Source: an uncultured archaeon (GTDB taxonomy: Archaea; Thermoproteota; Bathyarchaeia; TCS64). Taken from it: 64,000 nt of DNA. The position numbers and the translations under genes are program-made. Positions 39,034 to 48,928 of this stretch are shown here, piece after piece. The stretch spans positions 5,525 through 69,524 of the forward strand of contig CALIUM010000005.1 of assembly GCA_938048735.1 (NCBI GenBank), written 5' to 3'. The first letter of the stretch is position 1, and every line of letters starts with the position of its first letter. The notes beneath the pieces were generated by a model. The model had not been told where the DNA came from. It saw nothing but the letters and a program-made list of their open reading frames with translations, and made no database searches.

Positions 39034-40071
39034 ATGGGGCTCATCCCGGTTATCCTCACATGTCCACCGGGTATAGAGGATATCGTGGAGCTTGAACTCA
39101 GGGAGTTCTTCGGAGACATCCACGTTGAGAGGCCTTTGGTGGGGGTGGAGGGAAGGGTACTAGCGGAGATACCTGAAGATAGTATCTCTAGAATATACTC
39201 AATGAGATCGATCCATCACGTGATGAAGAAGCTTAAATCATTCCAGCTTGATCCCGGAAGGGATTCATTAAGCCTTATCTACGAAGAGGTCAAGGAGGCC
39301 GACCTCTCCCCCATCCTGCAAAGAGGGGCAAAATTCAGGATAACCACGGAGAGGATCGGGATTCACAGCTTCACATCTATCGACGTCCAGAGGGTGGCCG
39401 GACAGGCTGTTGTGGATAAGTATGGCAATAAGGTCGACCTTGAAAACTATGATGTCGAGATCAGGGTCGATGTCATCAGAGACACTTGCCTTGTCGGGGC
39501 CTCGATGACCAGGGAGTCTCTTCACAGGAGGGGATACAGGGTCTTTGAGCATCCGGCGGCGCTCAAACCGACCATCGCCTATGCCATGATCAGATTGGCT
39601 CGTCCCGAGGCTGGGATGACCCTCGTCGACCCGATGTGTGGGGGTGGAACCATCCCCATAGAGGCTGCATTATTCATGGGGGAGAAACTTGAGATATACG
39701 GTCTAGATATAGAGGAATCATTCATTAAAGGCGCCCGTATGAATTCGGAGGCGGCTGGGGTGGAGGGTTTGATAACCCTGATAAGAGGTGATTGTAGATT
39801 CCTATCTAGATTTGTGAGGGATGTGGATCTCATAGTCACGAATCCCCCTTACGGAGTCAGGATGGAGCCTAGATGTAGTATAGAGAAGCTCTATAGGGCC
39901 TTCGCCAGAGAGGCGTGTAGGGCTATGAGGATTGGGGGGAGATTAGTGGTGATAACCCTTAGAGGTAGGAGGATGGAGGAGGATCTTCGGCAAGAGGGGT
40001 TCTCCATCATCCATAAACGCTCAGTCCTCCATGGAGACATCAAAGTTAAGGTTATAGTCGCTGAGAGGTAG
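39034..40071 (+). CDS. THUMP-domain class I SAM-dependent RNA methyltransferase (Trm11/Trm14/RlmL-like, m2G)
   Basis: N-terminal THUMP region and a C-terminal MTase with DPMCGGGTIPIE (motif I) and NPPYG (motif IV), 345 aa. Confidence 0.75.
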   Translation: MGLIPVILTCPPGIEDIVELELREFFGDIHVERPLVGVEGRVLAEIPEDSISRIYSMRSIHHVMKKLKSFQLDPGRDSLSLIYEEVKEADLSPILQRGAKFRITTERIGIHSFTSIDVQRVAGQAVVDKYGNKVDLENYDVEIRVDVIRDTCLVGASMTRESLHRRGYRVFEHPAALKPTIAYAMIRLARPEAGMTLVDPMCGGGTIPIEAALFMGEKLEIYGLDIEESFIKGARMNSEAAGVEGLITLIRGDCRFLSRFVRDVDLIVTNPPYGVRMEPRCSIEKLYRAFAREACRAMRIGGRLVVITLRGRRMEEDLRQEGFSIIHKRSVLHGDIKVKVIVAER

Positions 40072-40171
40072 AGGATCTTGATTTAAGCCGCCTAATCTAG
40101 CCAGAATTTTTTTATATGGTCCTTCTATAAATCCCTGAGAGAGAGCCAGAGTTTTAAATTCCAGTTGACCC

Positions 40172-41134
40172 TTGTTGATGGTGATGACCCTACATATATT
40201 CCCAGAGGATAGAGTTCACTTCTATTGGGATAGAGAACTTGAGCCTGTAATAAGGATATCTCCAGGAGACACAGTCTCCTACGAGCTGAGGGAGGTCTCA
40301 GACGGCCAGATAAATCCCACGTCCACCCTCGAGGTATTGAGGAAGCTAGATTGGGAGAGGGTTTACCCCCTCGCGGGGCCGGTATATGTGGAGGGGGCAG
40401 AGGTTGGAGACGCCCTTGAGGTGGAGGTACTAGATATACATCCCGGGCCCTGGGGCTGGTCCGCCATAATACCCGGCTTCGGCCTATTGGAGGATGAGTT
40501 CAGGGAGCCGAGGCTGAAGATATGGGACCTCTCTCATGGAGACCACGCCTACTTCAGGGAGGACATAAAGATCCCCCTTGAACCATTCTGCGGGACCATG
40601 GGCGTGGCTCCCAGAGAGACTGGAAAGAGAGCCGTAATGCCCCCGGGGATGCATGGAGGTAATATGGATATCAAGCACCTAACACGGGGCTCCAGGCTCC
40701 TCCTTCCGGTATGGGTGGAGGGGGCATTATTCTCCGTTGGGGATCCCCACGCGGCTCAGGGTGATGGGGAGGTGTGCGTCACAGGAATAGAGGCCCCGAT
40801 GCACCTCAGCCTGAGATTTAACCTAAGGAAGGGGCTGAGGCTGGATGCTCCTCAGTATATAACCTCTCCACGCCTTAGATGCGGGGATGAGGGGACTAGA
40901 TATCATTCAACCATCGGCATAGGCCCAGACCTCCTGGGGGCCTCCAGAGACGCGATCCGCCGAATGGTGAACTTAATAGCTGAGAGGTGGAAGATGGAGC
41001 GCTGGGAGGCCTACATACTATGCAGCGTTGTAGTGGATCTGAGGATAAGCGAGGTGGTGGACAAGCCCAACTGGATAGTCTCAGCCCATCTACCCTTATC
41101 CATATTTCAAGAAGACATGTGTCGAGAAGGATGA
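40172..41134 (+). CDS. acetamidase/formamidase family protein
   Basis: FmdA_AmdA-like sequence over the full 320 aa. Confidence 0.7.
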   Translation: MLMVMTLHIFPEDRVHFYWDRELEPVIRISPGDTVSYELREVSDGQINPTSTLEVLRKLDWERVYPLAGPVYVEGAEVGDALEVEVLDIHPGPWGWSAIIPGFGLLEDEFREPRLKIWDLSHGDHAYFREDIKIPLEPFCGTMGVAPRETGKRAVMPPGMHGGNMDIKHLTRGSRLLLPVWVEGALFSVGDPHAAQGDGEVCVTGIEAPMHLSLRFNLRKGLRLDAPQYITSPRLRCGDEGTRYHSTIGIGPDLLGASRDAIRRMVNLIAERWKMERWEAYILCSVVVDLRISEVVDKPNWIVSAHLPLSIFQEDMCREG

Positions 41135-41284
41135 CTAAAAAAGCCCAAAAACCGCTCCATCGTTTATAAAACTAAGAATTTATTTATAATTGAATATTTA
41201 ATTGATTTCGGATCCATGATCATGTCAGATAGAGGTTATATGCTGAGTATGATGGTAAAGGTTAAATAGGTATTTAAAATCTAA

Positions 41285-41698
41285 ATGATGAGAAAAGGCA
41301 TGTCTAGAGCTAGAGCCAGAGACGAGGAGATCCTTCAGGTTCTTAAAGATATAAAGGCTTTACTGGAGCCCAAACCACCGCCTCCACCCCCTCCTCCACC
41401 CCCACCTCCCCCCAAGGGCCTTTGGAACGAGTTTCTGGACTTCGTATCAAAGTACAAGGTTATGGGAATGGCCGTGGCCTTCATCCTAGGCTTATATCTG
41501 GGCACCCTTGTACAGGCACTAGTTAATGACCTGATCATGCCTATAATAACGATAATTCTACCAGGTGTTGAATGGGAAGCATTTGTGCTGGGACCGTTCC
41601 GCATCGGGCACTTCATAGGAGCCTTAATAACCTTCCTACTGGTAGCCTTCGTGGTCTTCATGTTAGTCAAGATAACAAAAAAATGGGGGATCGAATAA
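41285..41698 (+). CDS. mscL: large-conductance mechanosensitive channel with polyproline N-terminal extension
   Basis: The S1/TM1/TM2 region (LWNEFLDFVSKYKVMGMAVAFILG...DLIMPII) aligns with MscL. It is preceded by a 44 aa extension that includes 13 consecutive prolines. Confidence 0.7.
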   Translation: MMRKGMSRARARDEEILQVLKDIKALLEPKPPPPPPPPPPPPPKGLWNEFLDFVSKYKVMGMAVAFILGLYLGTLVQALVNDLIMPIITIILPGVEWEAFVLGPFRIGHFIGALITFLLVAFVVFMLVKITKKWGIE

Positions 41699-42322
41699 CA
41701 TCCAAATTTATTTCAAATCATAATTTTGAAATCATGTTTAATGACTAGATTAGAATTGAAACGTTAGACTACAATAACACTTTTTGGAATATATTCTTAA
41801 GTTATTAGGCGATAATTTTAAGTTTTCATCTTATAATATGATTTATCTAGGAAAAAACTTGTTAGAAAAATGATTCAATTTCTTATTTCTAAAATTTAGT
41901 TCTGAATGGATTTGGACATTAATTTACTTTAATATAAATTCTAAAAGTTCTATTTTTATGATTTTGAGGAATTCTTCCATAATAATCCTAATGATTTTAC
42001 TATTTATTTGTTTTTTAATTTTTCTATTTATTGATGTGTAAGCATTATTATGAGTTTAGGGTAAAGACAAGTAATGTAAAGGTTTGGAATATTTGACAAT
42101 CATTCACCGCATCCCTCTAGCAACGGGGGGTGTAACTAAAGCTATTCTATAACCCCTCCTCCAGCGCCAACTATGCCCAAAAAGACCTTTGTCATTCCTC
42201 TAAAATAATTAGACTTATTAAAGGTTTGGGATATTTGAAGCGGAGGCCAAGACTCTTTATTCGAAAGGTTTAAATATAGCGGTTTCTGCCGATTCTGGAT
42301 TTGAAGAGGAGGATTAAAAATC

Positions 42323-42727
42323 ATGGAAAATGAAATGAAAAAGGAAGTTAAAATACTTGAAGACTGTATGAAAGTTGCTGAACATGAAAATCTTATTTGG
42401 GTTTGTGATGGAGCTGCAAACGTGGGTCAAGTGGGCCAGGCAATTGGTGTTTTGCTCTCAAACTTGGATAAGGGACGAATGTGTTGTACAGTAGCCGTAG
42501 CAGCTGGCTCTAAGCGTCATCTAGAGATAGCTGAAAAAGCGAAAAAGAACATAGTTATAAATGGGTGCGCAAATAGATGCGCTTCCAAAGTTTTAGAGAA
42601 TGCTGGAAAGAAAATAAACTATGAAATAATCATATCTAAGTATTTGCAAAAGGTTCCCACACTTGACATCTATATGGGTGACGCGAAGAAGATAGCCCAA
42701 ATAATAATTGAAGAAGCCAAGCTTTAA
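42323..42727 (+). CDS. DGC-domain putative zinc-binding protein
   Basis: 134 aa with conserved WVCDGAANVGQ and NGCANRCASK Cys/Gly motifs. The gene is AT-rich. Confidence 0.5.
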   Translation: MENEMKKEVKILEDCMKVAEHENLIWVCDGAANVGQVGQAIGVLLSNLDKGRMCCTVAVAAGSKRHLEIAEKAKKNIVINGCANRCASKVLENAGKKINYEIIISKYLQKVPTLDIYMGDAKKIAQIIIEEAKL

Positions 42728-43360
42728 GAATGAAAAAAGCAGGATACGTAAAGGCAGCTAATTTATAAAGTGCCCATATTTCTCTATTTTATATAAAGTG
42801 TGGTTCTGTTGACTGTTCTTATAACCCCTTACATAGCAAATAAAATACGATAATACGATAAATCTTTATTTCAGGTGAGTTTAGCTACTTCATGCTCTGT
42901 TGTAGGTGGGACTTTTTAGCAAAAGGTATCAAAGTTGATATTAATGGGACCACGAAACCCATGGCGGTTGTAAATTGGATGGTTATTCCCCATATATTGA
43001 ATAGTGTTACTAAAAAAGGAGATATAGACATTGTCTAAATCCCCCCTCTTTTCATAATTAGCAATCCAACAGCAGTTATAAATCACTGAACCTCCAACAC
43101 AAAGAAATCTTATTTATAGTCAGAATAATCACTGGAGCAACTTCCACATCCAAAAGACCACCTGTCATAATTGCTCTAAGGTATCCCAAGACAATTCTTC
43201 GCATATTTTTAAACTCATCTTCATCAATGTTCAGGGAATTCGTGCCCCCTAGTCTTAACATGAGAATTTAAACCTTCTTCCTAGATGAAAACCTAACTAA
43301 AAACTAAAAAGACAATAATTTGAGATTATTTAGGGAAAACCGCCAAAAAAGGCAATCTTG

Positions 43361-43398
43361 AGTAGTGCAGTGGTGGGATTAGAACCCACGGAGGACTA
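43361..43398 (-). repeat. partial tRNA-Leu 3'-half copy (att-like direct repeat)
   Basis: agtgc..ggtgggattagaacccacggaggact matches 27/28 nt of the 3' half (variable arm + T-arm) of tRNA-Leu(CAG) located 3.6 kb away, in the same orientation. Confidence 0.5.
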
Positions 43399-43528
43399 AA
43401 ACTTTGAAAAATTATGTCGCATATAACTCTACAAAAACAAGATTTAAAGAACTTCGCCATACCTTTTTCAAAGTGTTAGTTCCTATATGTTCTATTAACA
43501 ATGACTAAAGGAATGAAGTTTGCATGTT

Positions 43529-46500
43529 TTAGGGGCTATTCTGGGGGCTTTTTCGAAGTAGGAGTTCTTGGTATTCCGAGTTTATTTTTCCGTATTTTTC
43601 TTTGACGGTTCTGCTGATTTTATGCCAGTCTTGGATTATTTTTGGCCATAGCTCGCTGGTTATTAGCTGTTTTGTCACGTATTCTTTTAATGATTTTTCC
43701 CGTTTAATTGTTCTTTGGCGCCAGTCAAAGCTTATGAGTCCTGCACGTTTCAAATGTTGAATTGTGTGACCTATTTGGTCGTAATTAAGTGGGTGATCCA
43801 TGCTTATTGCTAAGTCTTCTAGGATGGAGTCAATTGTTATTTGGTCTTCTGCGCGCAGACAGATGTTGGCTATAACTGTTTGGATGATCCTCGTAGTCTT
43901 GGTAAGGTATATCCCAATCCTCTTTGGCGGGATAAGGGTTTGTTCTAGGCGGTAGCTATACCTCCTGTAAAACCAGCTTTTGATGATTTCGGCCAGTGTC
44001 AAATAGGTGCCTAGAATCGCGGCTAGGGCTATGAAGAAAGTTGCTGGAGGCTTTACAAATCTGAAAATTTCTCCTAATGGCGTGTAAGGAATTATCAACG
44101 CGAATGTTATTATTGCTATGCTGCTGAGGAGCACAAGTCGACTCGGCTTGCTTTTCCAGAAAGGCAACCTTTTTGTTCTAATGACAAAGATTATAAGAGT
44201 CTGTGAAGTTAGGGATTCGATGAACCAAGCGGTTTGAAACAGTTGCTCATAAGCGTTAAAGATAAAAAGCATTATAAAGAATGTTAGAAAGTCGAAGATG
44301 GAGCTGACAGGTCCGAGGCACACCATGAACTGTCTAATGAAGTGTATATCCCACCTTTTAGGCTTTTCAATGTATTCTTGGTCAACCTCGTCCGTGGATA
44401 TTGTTGACTGCGAAAAGTCATAGAGCAAATTGTTGAGCAATATCTGTATGGGTAGCATGGGCAGGAAGGGCAGAAACAATGATGCGCCGGCAACGCTGAA
44501 CATGTTTCCGAAGTTTGAGCTCACGCTCATCATGATATACTTCATAGTGTTGCCGAAGGTTTTCCTACCATCCAAAACACCGTCATAAAGCACTCTCAAA
44601 TCGTTCTGCAAAAGAATTATGTCAGCGGATTCCTTTGCAACATCAACAGCGTTTTCCACAGATATGCCAATGTCCGCGCTTTTTAGGGATGGCGCATCGT
44701 TAATCCCATCCCCTAGAAACCCAACAACGTGTCCATTACCCTTTAAAGCATTCATTATTCTGTCCTTCTGGGCTGGTGTAACCCTGCAGAACACATTTGC
44801 TTCTTCGACAACTCTTGCAAGGGCGTCATCATGCATTTGGGCAATCTCGCTTCCAGTGACTATTCCTTTTATATCAAAGCCGAGGTGTTCGCAAACCTTC
44901 CTTGTTACCAGTTCATTATCACCTGTGAGAATTTTCAGCTCTATGCTAGCATTTTTCAGAAGCTGCAAGGTTTCTCTCGCTGTTTCTTTAGGAGGGTCAA
45001 GAAAAGCTACGAATCCCAAAAACACCAGCTCTTTCTCGTCATTTGCTGTATATGTTGGCTTGTCCTCTCTTAAGCGCTTGTAGGCTACGGCTAGGACCCT
45101 ATAGCCTTCAGCACTAAGCTCAACATATTTCTGCTCAATTTTTCTGCGTACTTCATCTGTTATGTCGACTATAACCTCTCCAACCTCATAGAAGGAGCAA
45201 ATCTTGGCAACCTCTTCTGGAGCCCCCTTTGTGACCATGAACCGTTGACTCTGATATTCAACAACTATGGAGAGCCTTCTACGAACAAAATCAAAAGGCA
45301 CCTCATCAATCTTCTTATAATTTTCAACATCTACCTCTCTAAATCTTAGTATAGCCTCGTCTAAGGGGCTTTTAATTCCAGTTTGGTAGTGGCTGTTGAG
45401 GTAGGAATAAAGCAGAACCTTATCGTTTTCGTCGCCGTTAAGATCCACATGTAGGACAAGCTTTATCCGGTTTTCCGTCAAAGTCCCAGTTTTATCCGTG
45501 CATAGAATATCCATACTTCCAAAATCTTGTATCGCTGTCAAGCGCTTCACAATCACGTCCTTCTTAGCCATCGACACTGCTCCTTTAGAGAGGTTTACTG
45601 TAATTATCATCGGCAAAAGTTCCGGCGTTAATCCCACAGTCAAAGCTACAGCGAAGAGAAGCGAATCAAGCACGCTTCGCATGTAAAGGGCATTAATGAA
45701 GAACACAAATATGACTAGCAGAAAAGTTACTTGCATTATCATGTAACCAAAACTTCGAATACCCCTCTGGAACTCCGTCTCAACCTCTCTTTCCACAAGC
45801 TTCCCCGCAATTTTCCCATACTCTGTTAGGCTACCAGTTTTCATGACAACAGCAGTTGCTGTCCCGCTCACAACAGAAGTGCCCATAAAAAGATAGTTGC
45901 TCCACTCCGTTATAGACGGGTCATAGGATTTCAGCGGCAAGCCAGTCTTCTCAACTGGAAAAGATTCACCAGTCAATGCAGATTGGTTCACGAATAAGTC
46001 TTTTGCACTTATAACTCGGGCGTCTGCAGGCACAAGGTCGCCTGCTGAAAGGAATATAATGTCTCCGGGGACAACCTCTGCAAGCCTAACCTCTCTTTTG
46101 GTGCCATCCCTCAAAACGGTGGCCGTTGTCGCCACCCTCTGCTTCAGCATTTCAGCCGCCCTTTCAGCCTTAGATTCTTGATAAAAGCCCAAGACTGCGC
46201 TGACCATCACTATAACAAATATAATAGCTGTGTTCGCAACTTCACCAAAAAAGCCTGAAATCAGCCCAGCGATAAGGAGAATTATTATCAACGGACTTTT
46301 GAAATGGGAAAGGAACTCGATGATGACTGCTCTCCTCTTTTTTCTAACAAGCTCATTATAGCCAAAAAATTCAAGACGCCTTTCTGCTTCCTCAGAGGAA
46401 AGCCCATCCATTGAAGACTTCAAGCGTGAAAGAAGCTCTTCAACAGGCGAAGTTAAAACTTCTTCAGCGCTCGGCAGAGCCCAGCCTAAAACTTCGCCAA

Positions 46501-46543
46501 TACTTGACCTTTCTAAATCCTGAACCACCATCATTCCCACCAT
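43529..46543 (-). CDS. mgtA: Mg2+-importing P-type ATPase (MgtA family) with ~150 aa C-terminal extension
   Basis: P-type ATPase motifs (TGES, DKTGTLT, TGDN, GDGxNDxP) and MgtA-like N-terminus. 1004 aa versus ~900 aa typical. The gene is AT-rich. Confidence 0.85.
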   Translation of the reverse strand: MVGMMVVQDLERSSIGEVLGWALPSAEEVLTSPVEELLSRLKSSMDGLSSEEAERRLEFFGYNELVRKKRRAVIIEFLSHFKSPLIIILLIAGLISGFFGEVANTAIIFVIVMVSAVLGFYQESKAERAAEMLKQRVATTATVLRDGTKREVRLAEVVPGDIIFLSAGDLVPADARVISAKDLFVNQSALTGESFPVEKTGLPLKSYDPSITEWSNYLFMGTSVVSGTATAVVMKTGSLTEYGKIAGKLVEREVETEFQRGIRSFGYMIMQVTFLLVIFVFFINALYMRSVLDSLLFAVALTVGLTPELLPMIITVNLSKGAVSMAKKDVIVKRLTAIQDFGSMDILCTDKTGTLTENRIKLVLHVDLNGDENDKVLLYSYLNSHYQTGIKSPLDEAILRFREVDVENYKKIDEVPFDFVRRRLSIVVEYQSQRFMVTKGAPEEVAKICSFYEVGEVIVDITDEVRRKIEQKYVELSAEGYRVLAVAYKRLREDKPTYTANDEKELVFLGFVAFLDPPKETARETLQLLKNASIELKILTGDNELVTRKVCEHLGFDIKGIVTGSEIAQMHDDALARVVEEANVFCRVTPAQKDRIMNALKGNGHVVGFLGDGINDAPSLKSADIGISVENAVDVAKESADIILLQNDLRVLYDGVLDGRKTFGNTMKYIMMSVSSNFGNMFSVAGASLFLPFLPMLPIQILLNNLLYDFSQSTISTDEVDQEYIEKPKRWDIHFIRQFMVCLGPVSSIFDFLTFFIMLFIFNAYEQLFQTAWFIESLTSQTLIIFVIRTKRLPFWKSKPSRLVLLSSIAIITFALIIPYTPLGEIFRFVKPPATFFIALAAILGTYLTLAEIIKSWFYRRYSYRLEQTLIPPKRIGIYLTKTTRIIQTVIANICLRAEDQITIDSILEDLAISMDHPLNYDQIGHTIQHLKRAGLISFDWRQRTIKREKSLKEYVTKQLITSELWPKIIQDWHKISRTVKEKYGKINSEYQELLLRKSPQNSP

Positions 46544-46952
46544 CCATTCTCGCCGAACAACCTCCAGGGGCTGGACTCTTACATTCTTGCAAAGATACCA
46601 TCATAAAATTCTTTCCTCAACTCCATAGTTAAAACTGACAATAGTTTCTGTTAGGAGACACTAATGGAAAAGTGCTCCTTGAGAAGCAACGCTGTAATAT
46701 GCGGATCAGAATTCTAACCCATAGGTGAAATCCACTTCTCATCGTTACTTCCCGTAAGAGAAGATCTAACTCACAAAGAAAGGAAAAGTGCACCATGCAA
46801 TGTAGATTGTAAACCATGCACACGATACGCTAATGGAAAATGCATCGGATGCCCAACAACAATCAATTTAGAGGAACACTCTAAGAAAATGGAAGAGTGG
46901 AAAAATGAGCTTCTTTAGCCAAAATAACCTCGTATAAGGCTTTATTTTTTTA

Positions 46953-47035
46953 GTGCGGGGGGTGGGATTCGAACCCACGGAGGACTCATCCAGCAGGTCC
47001 TGAACCTGCCCCCTTTGGCCCCTCGGGAACCCCCG
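46953..47035 (-). tRNA. tRNA-Leu (anticodon CAG)
   Basis: Acceptor GCGGGGG/CCCCCGC, anticodon arm GCAGG-UUCAGGA-CCUGC, long variable arm, T-arm GUGGG-UUCGAAU-CCCAC, discriminator A. No intron. Confidence 0.85.
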
Positions 47036-47047
47036 CCTTTTAGGATT

Positions 47048-47452
47048 CTAGCCCTGCTTCTCTATGTATTTTTTGTACGCCTCGCTGTCCATCAGCTCTT
47101 TGAGTTCGGTCTCTAGGTTCTTGGGTTTAACCTTTGCTATCCATCCCTTTCCGTAGGGGTCTTGGTTTATGAGCTCCGGGCTGTTGGAGAGTTCCTCGTT
47201 TACCTCTAGGATGACCCCTGATATCGGGGAGTATATGTCGCTCACGGCCTTCACGGACTCCACGGTCCCCATGACCTCCATCCGGCTCACCTCCCTCCCA
47301 ACCTCTGGGAGCTCGACGTAGACCAGCTCGTGGAGCTGGTCCTGGGCGTAGTCGCTTATTCCTATGAGGACTGTGCCGTTATCTACCACCTTGACCCACT
47401 CATGCTCCTTTGAGTAGCGGAGTTCGCTTGGAAGCTTGTAATCCTTCTTCAA
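47048..47452 (-). CDS. gcvH: glycine cleavage system H protein
   Basis: Lipoyl-lysine motif ESVKAVSD, 134 aa. Confidence 0.85.
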   Translation of the reverse strand: MKKDYKLPSELRYSKEHEWVKVVDNGTVLIGISDYAQDQLHELVYVELPEVGREVSRMEVMGTVESVKAVSDIYSPISGVILEVNEELSNSPELINQDPYGKGWIAKVKPKNLETELKELMDSEAYKKYIEKQG

Positions 47453-48588
47453 CCTTTATCCCTCTTCCATCCATACCTAGATTCATTATAGAAGGGGTGG
47501 AACTTAACTATTTTTCCCTTCAGGAGCCTATCCCTTATCTTTATCCTCACGGGTGTATTGAGCTTCGAGTATTCGGGTGGGACATATCCCATGGCTATTC
47601 CCTTGTCAAGGGTTGGGCTGTATCCTCCGCTTGTTACGACACCTATCATCGCCTCATTCCAGATCTCATACCCCTTCCTCGGGATCCCCCTCTCCTCCAG
47701 GGCTATGCCGACCCTGGTTCTCCTCACCCCCTCCCTGGCCACCCTCATCAGGGCCTCCCGCCCTATGAAGTCCCTCCCCTTCTCAAGCTTTACAACCCAT
47801 CTTAGGCGGGCCTCGAAGGGGTTGATCTCCTCATCTATATCATTTCCGTAGAGGCACAAGCCAGCCTCCAGGCGTAGGGTATCTCTGGCTCCCAATCCGC
47901 AGGGCTTTATCCCGAATCTCTCCCCAGCCTCCAACAGCATCTCCCAAAATCTCACAGCCTTCCAGGGCTCCTGGAGGGGTGTGTCTAAGATGAAGAGCTC
48001 GAAGCCATCCTCCCCGGTGTACCCAGTCCTCGCCGCCATTATATCCAACCCCTGAATCCTATACCTTGATATCTGGAACCTCTTCAGTTCCGCCACCTCG
48101 CCGCAGAGCTTCTTTAGGGTTTCCTCGGCCTTCGGCCCCTGCAGGGAGAACATGGCCACCTGGTCTGAGACATCTTGGATGCTCACATCAAACCCCTGAG
48201 AGTTTCTCTCAAGCCATCTTAGGTCCTTCTCCCTATTTGAGGCGTTATAGACCAAGAAGAACTCATCGTCTGATAGTCGGTATGTTATGAGATCGTCTAT
48301 TATCCCGCCCCTCTCGTTGCACATGAGGGTGTATAGTCCCTTCATCGGTTCAAGGGTTGAGACTTCGCCGGTGAGCATATAGTCAAGAAACTCCTCCGCT
48401 CTCTCTCCCTTCACGAGCGTCCTCCCCATGTGGGTTACATCGAAGAGGCCCACGGAGTTCCTCACAGCTTGATGCTCTGGTATTACACCCTCATACCATA
48501 CAGGCATCTCGAACCCCGCGAAATCTATGAGTTTGCCATGCTCCCTATGATACTGGTATAGGTGGGTTCTCCTCATGGACAAACACAT
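47449..48588 (-). CDS. gcvT: glycine cleavage system T protein (aminomethyltransferase)
   Basis: GcvT N-terminal pattern (TxLYxxH...FAGxxMPVxY...SVGLFDVTHMG), 379 aa, ATGA-coupled to gcvH. Confidence 0.85.
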   Translation of the reverse strand: MCLSMRRTHLYQYHREHGKLIDFAGFEMPVWYEGVIPEHQAVRNSVGLFDVTHMGRTLVKGERAEEFLDYMLTGEVSTLEPMKGLYTLMCNERGGIIDDLITYRLSDDEFFLVYNASNREKDLRWLERNSQGFDVSIQDVSDQVAMFSLQGPKAEETLKKLCGEVAELKRFQISRYRIQGLDIMAARTGYTGEDGFELFILDTPLQEPWKAVRFWEMLLEAGERFGIKPCGLGARDTLRLEAGLCLYGNDIDEEINPFEARLRWVVKLEKGRDFIGREALMRVAREGVRRTRVGIALEERGIPRKGYEIWNEAMIGVVTSGGYSPTLDKGIAMGYVPPEYSKLNTPVRIKIRDRLLKGKIVKFHPFYNESRYGWKRDKG

Positions 48589-48634
48589 TCCTCCAAGTGA
48601 TCAGTTGGGAATATTATAAATCGCTGTCGGAGTT

Positions 48635-48832
48635 TTACTTATTATTTGATTTGGAAGCATTCGAGCCTCCATCCCAGAGAACAACCTCCACATTCTCCGG
48701 TGAGAAGGAGAGCTTCCTGTTACATCTAGGGCACCTGGAGTTGAACTTCCTTATAATCTCATATGGTGACTTTATGATCTCCCCCTCATACAGAACATAG
48801 CCGCAATCTGAGCAGATGATCTGCTGAGGCAT
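48635..48832 (-). CDS. small zinc-ribbon protein (hypothetical)
   Basis: 65 aa with two CxxC pairs (CSDCG...CPRCN). Confidence 0.4.
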   Translation of the reverse strand: MPQQIICSDCGYVLYEGEIIKSPYEIIRKFNSRCPRCNRKLSFSPENVEVVLWDGGSNASKSNNK

Positions 48833-48928
48833 ATGCTCCTTTATGCTTCAGAATTAATTAAACCTTATCCGCTCTCACCAATCGAAAGGGATTTTAAATC
48901 GTGAGGGTTACAACTTAGAAGGCTCGAG

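Noticed and set aside
41375-41413. (CCN)13 repeat considered as a possible CRISPR or microsatellite feature
   Set aside because: A single short in-frame codon repeat inside mscL. There are no spacer-repeat units, and no CRISPR array exists anywhere in the window.
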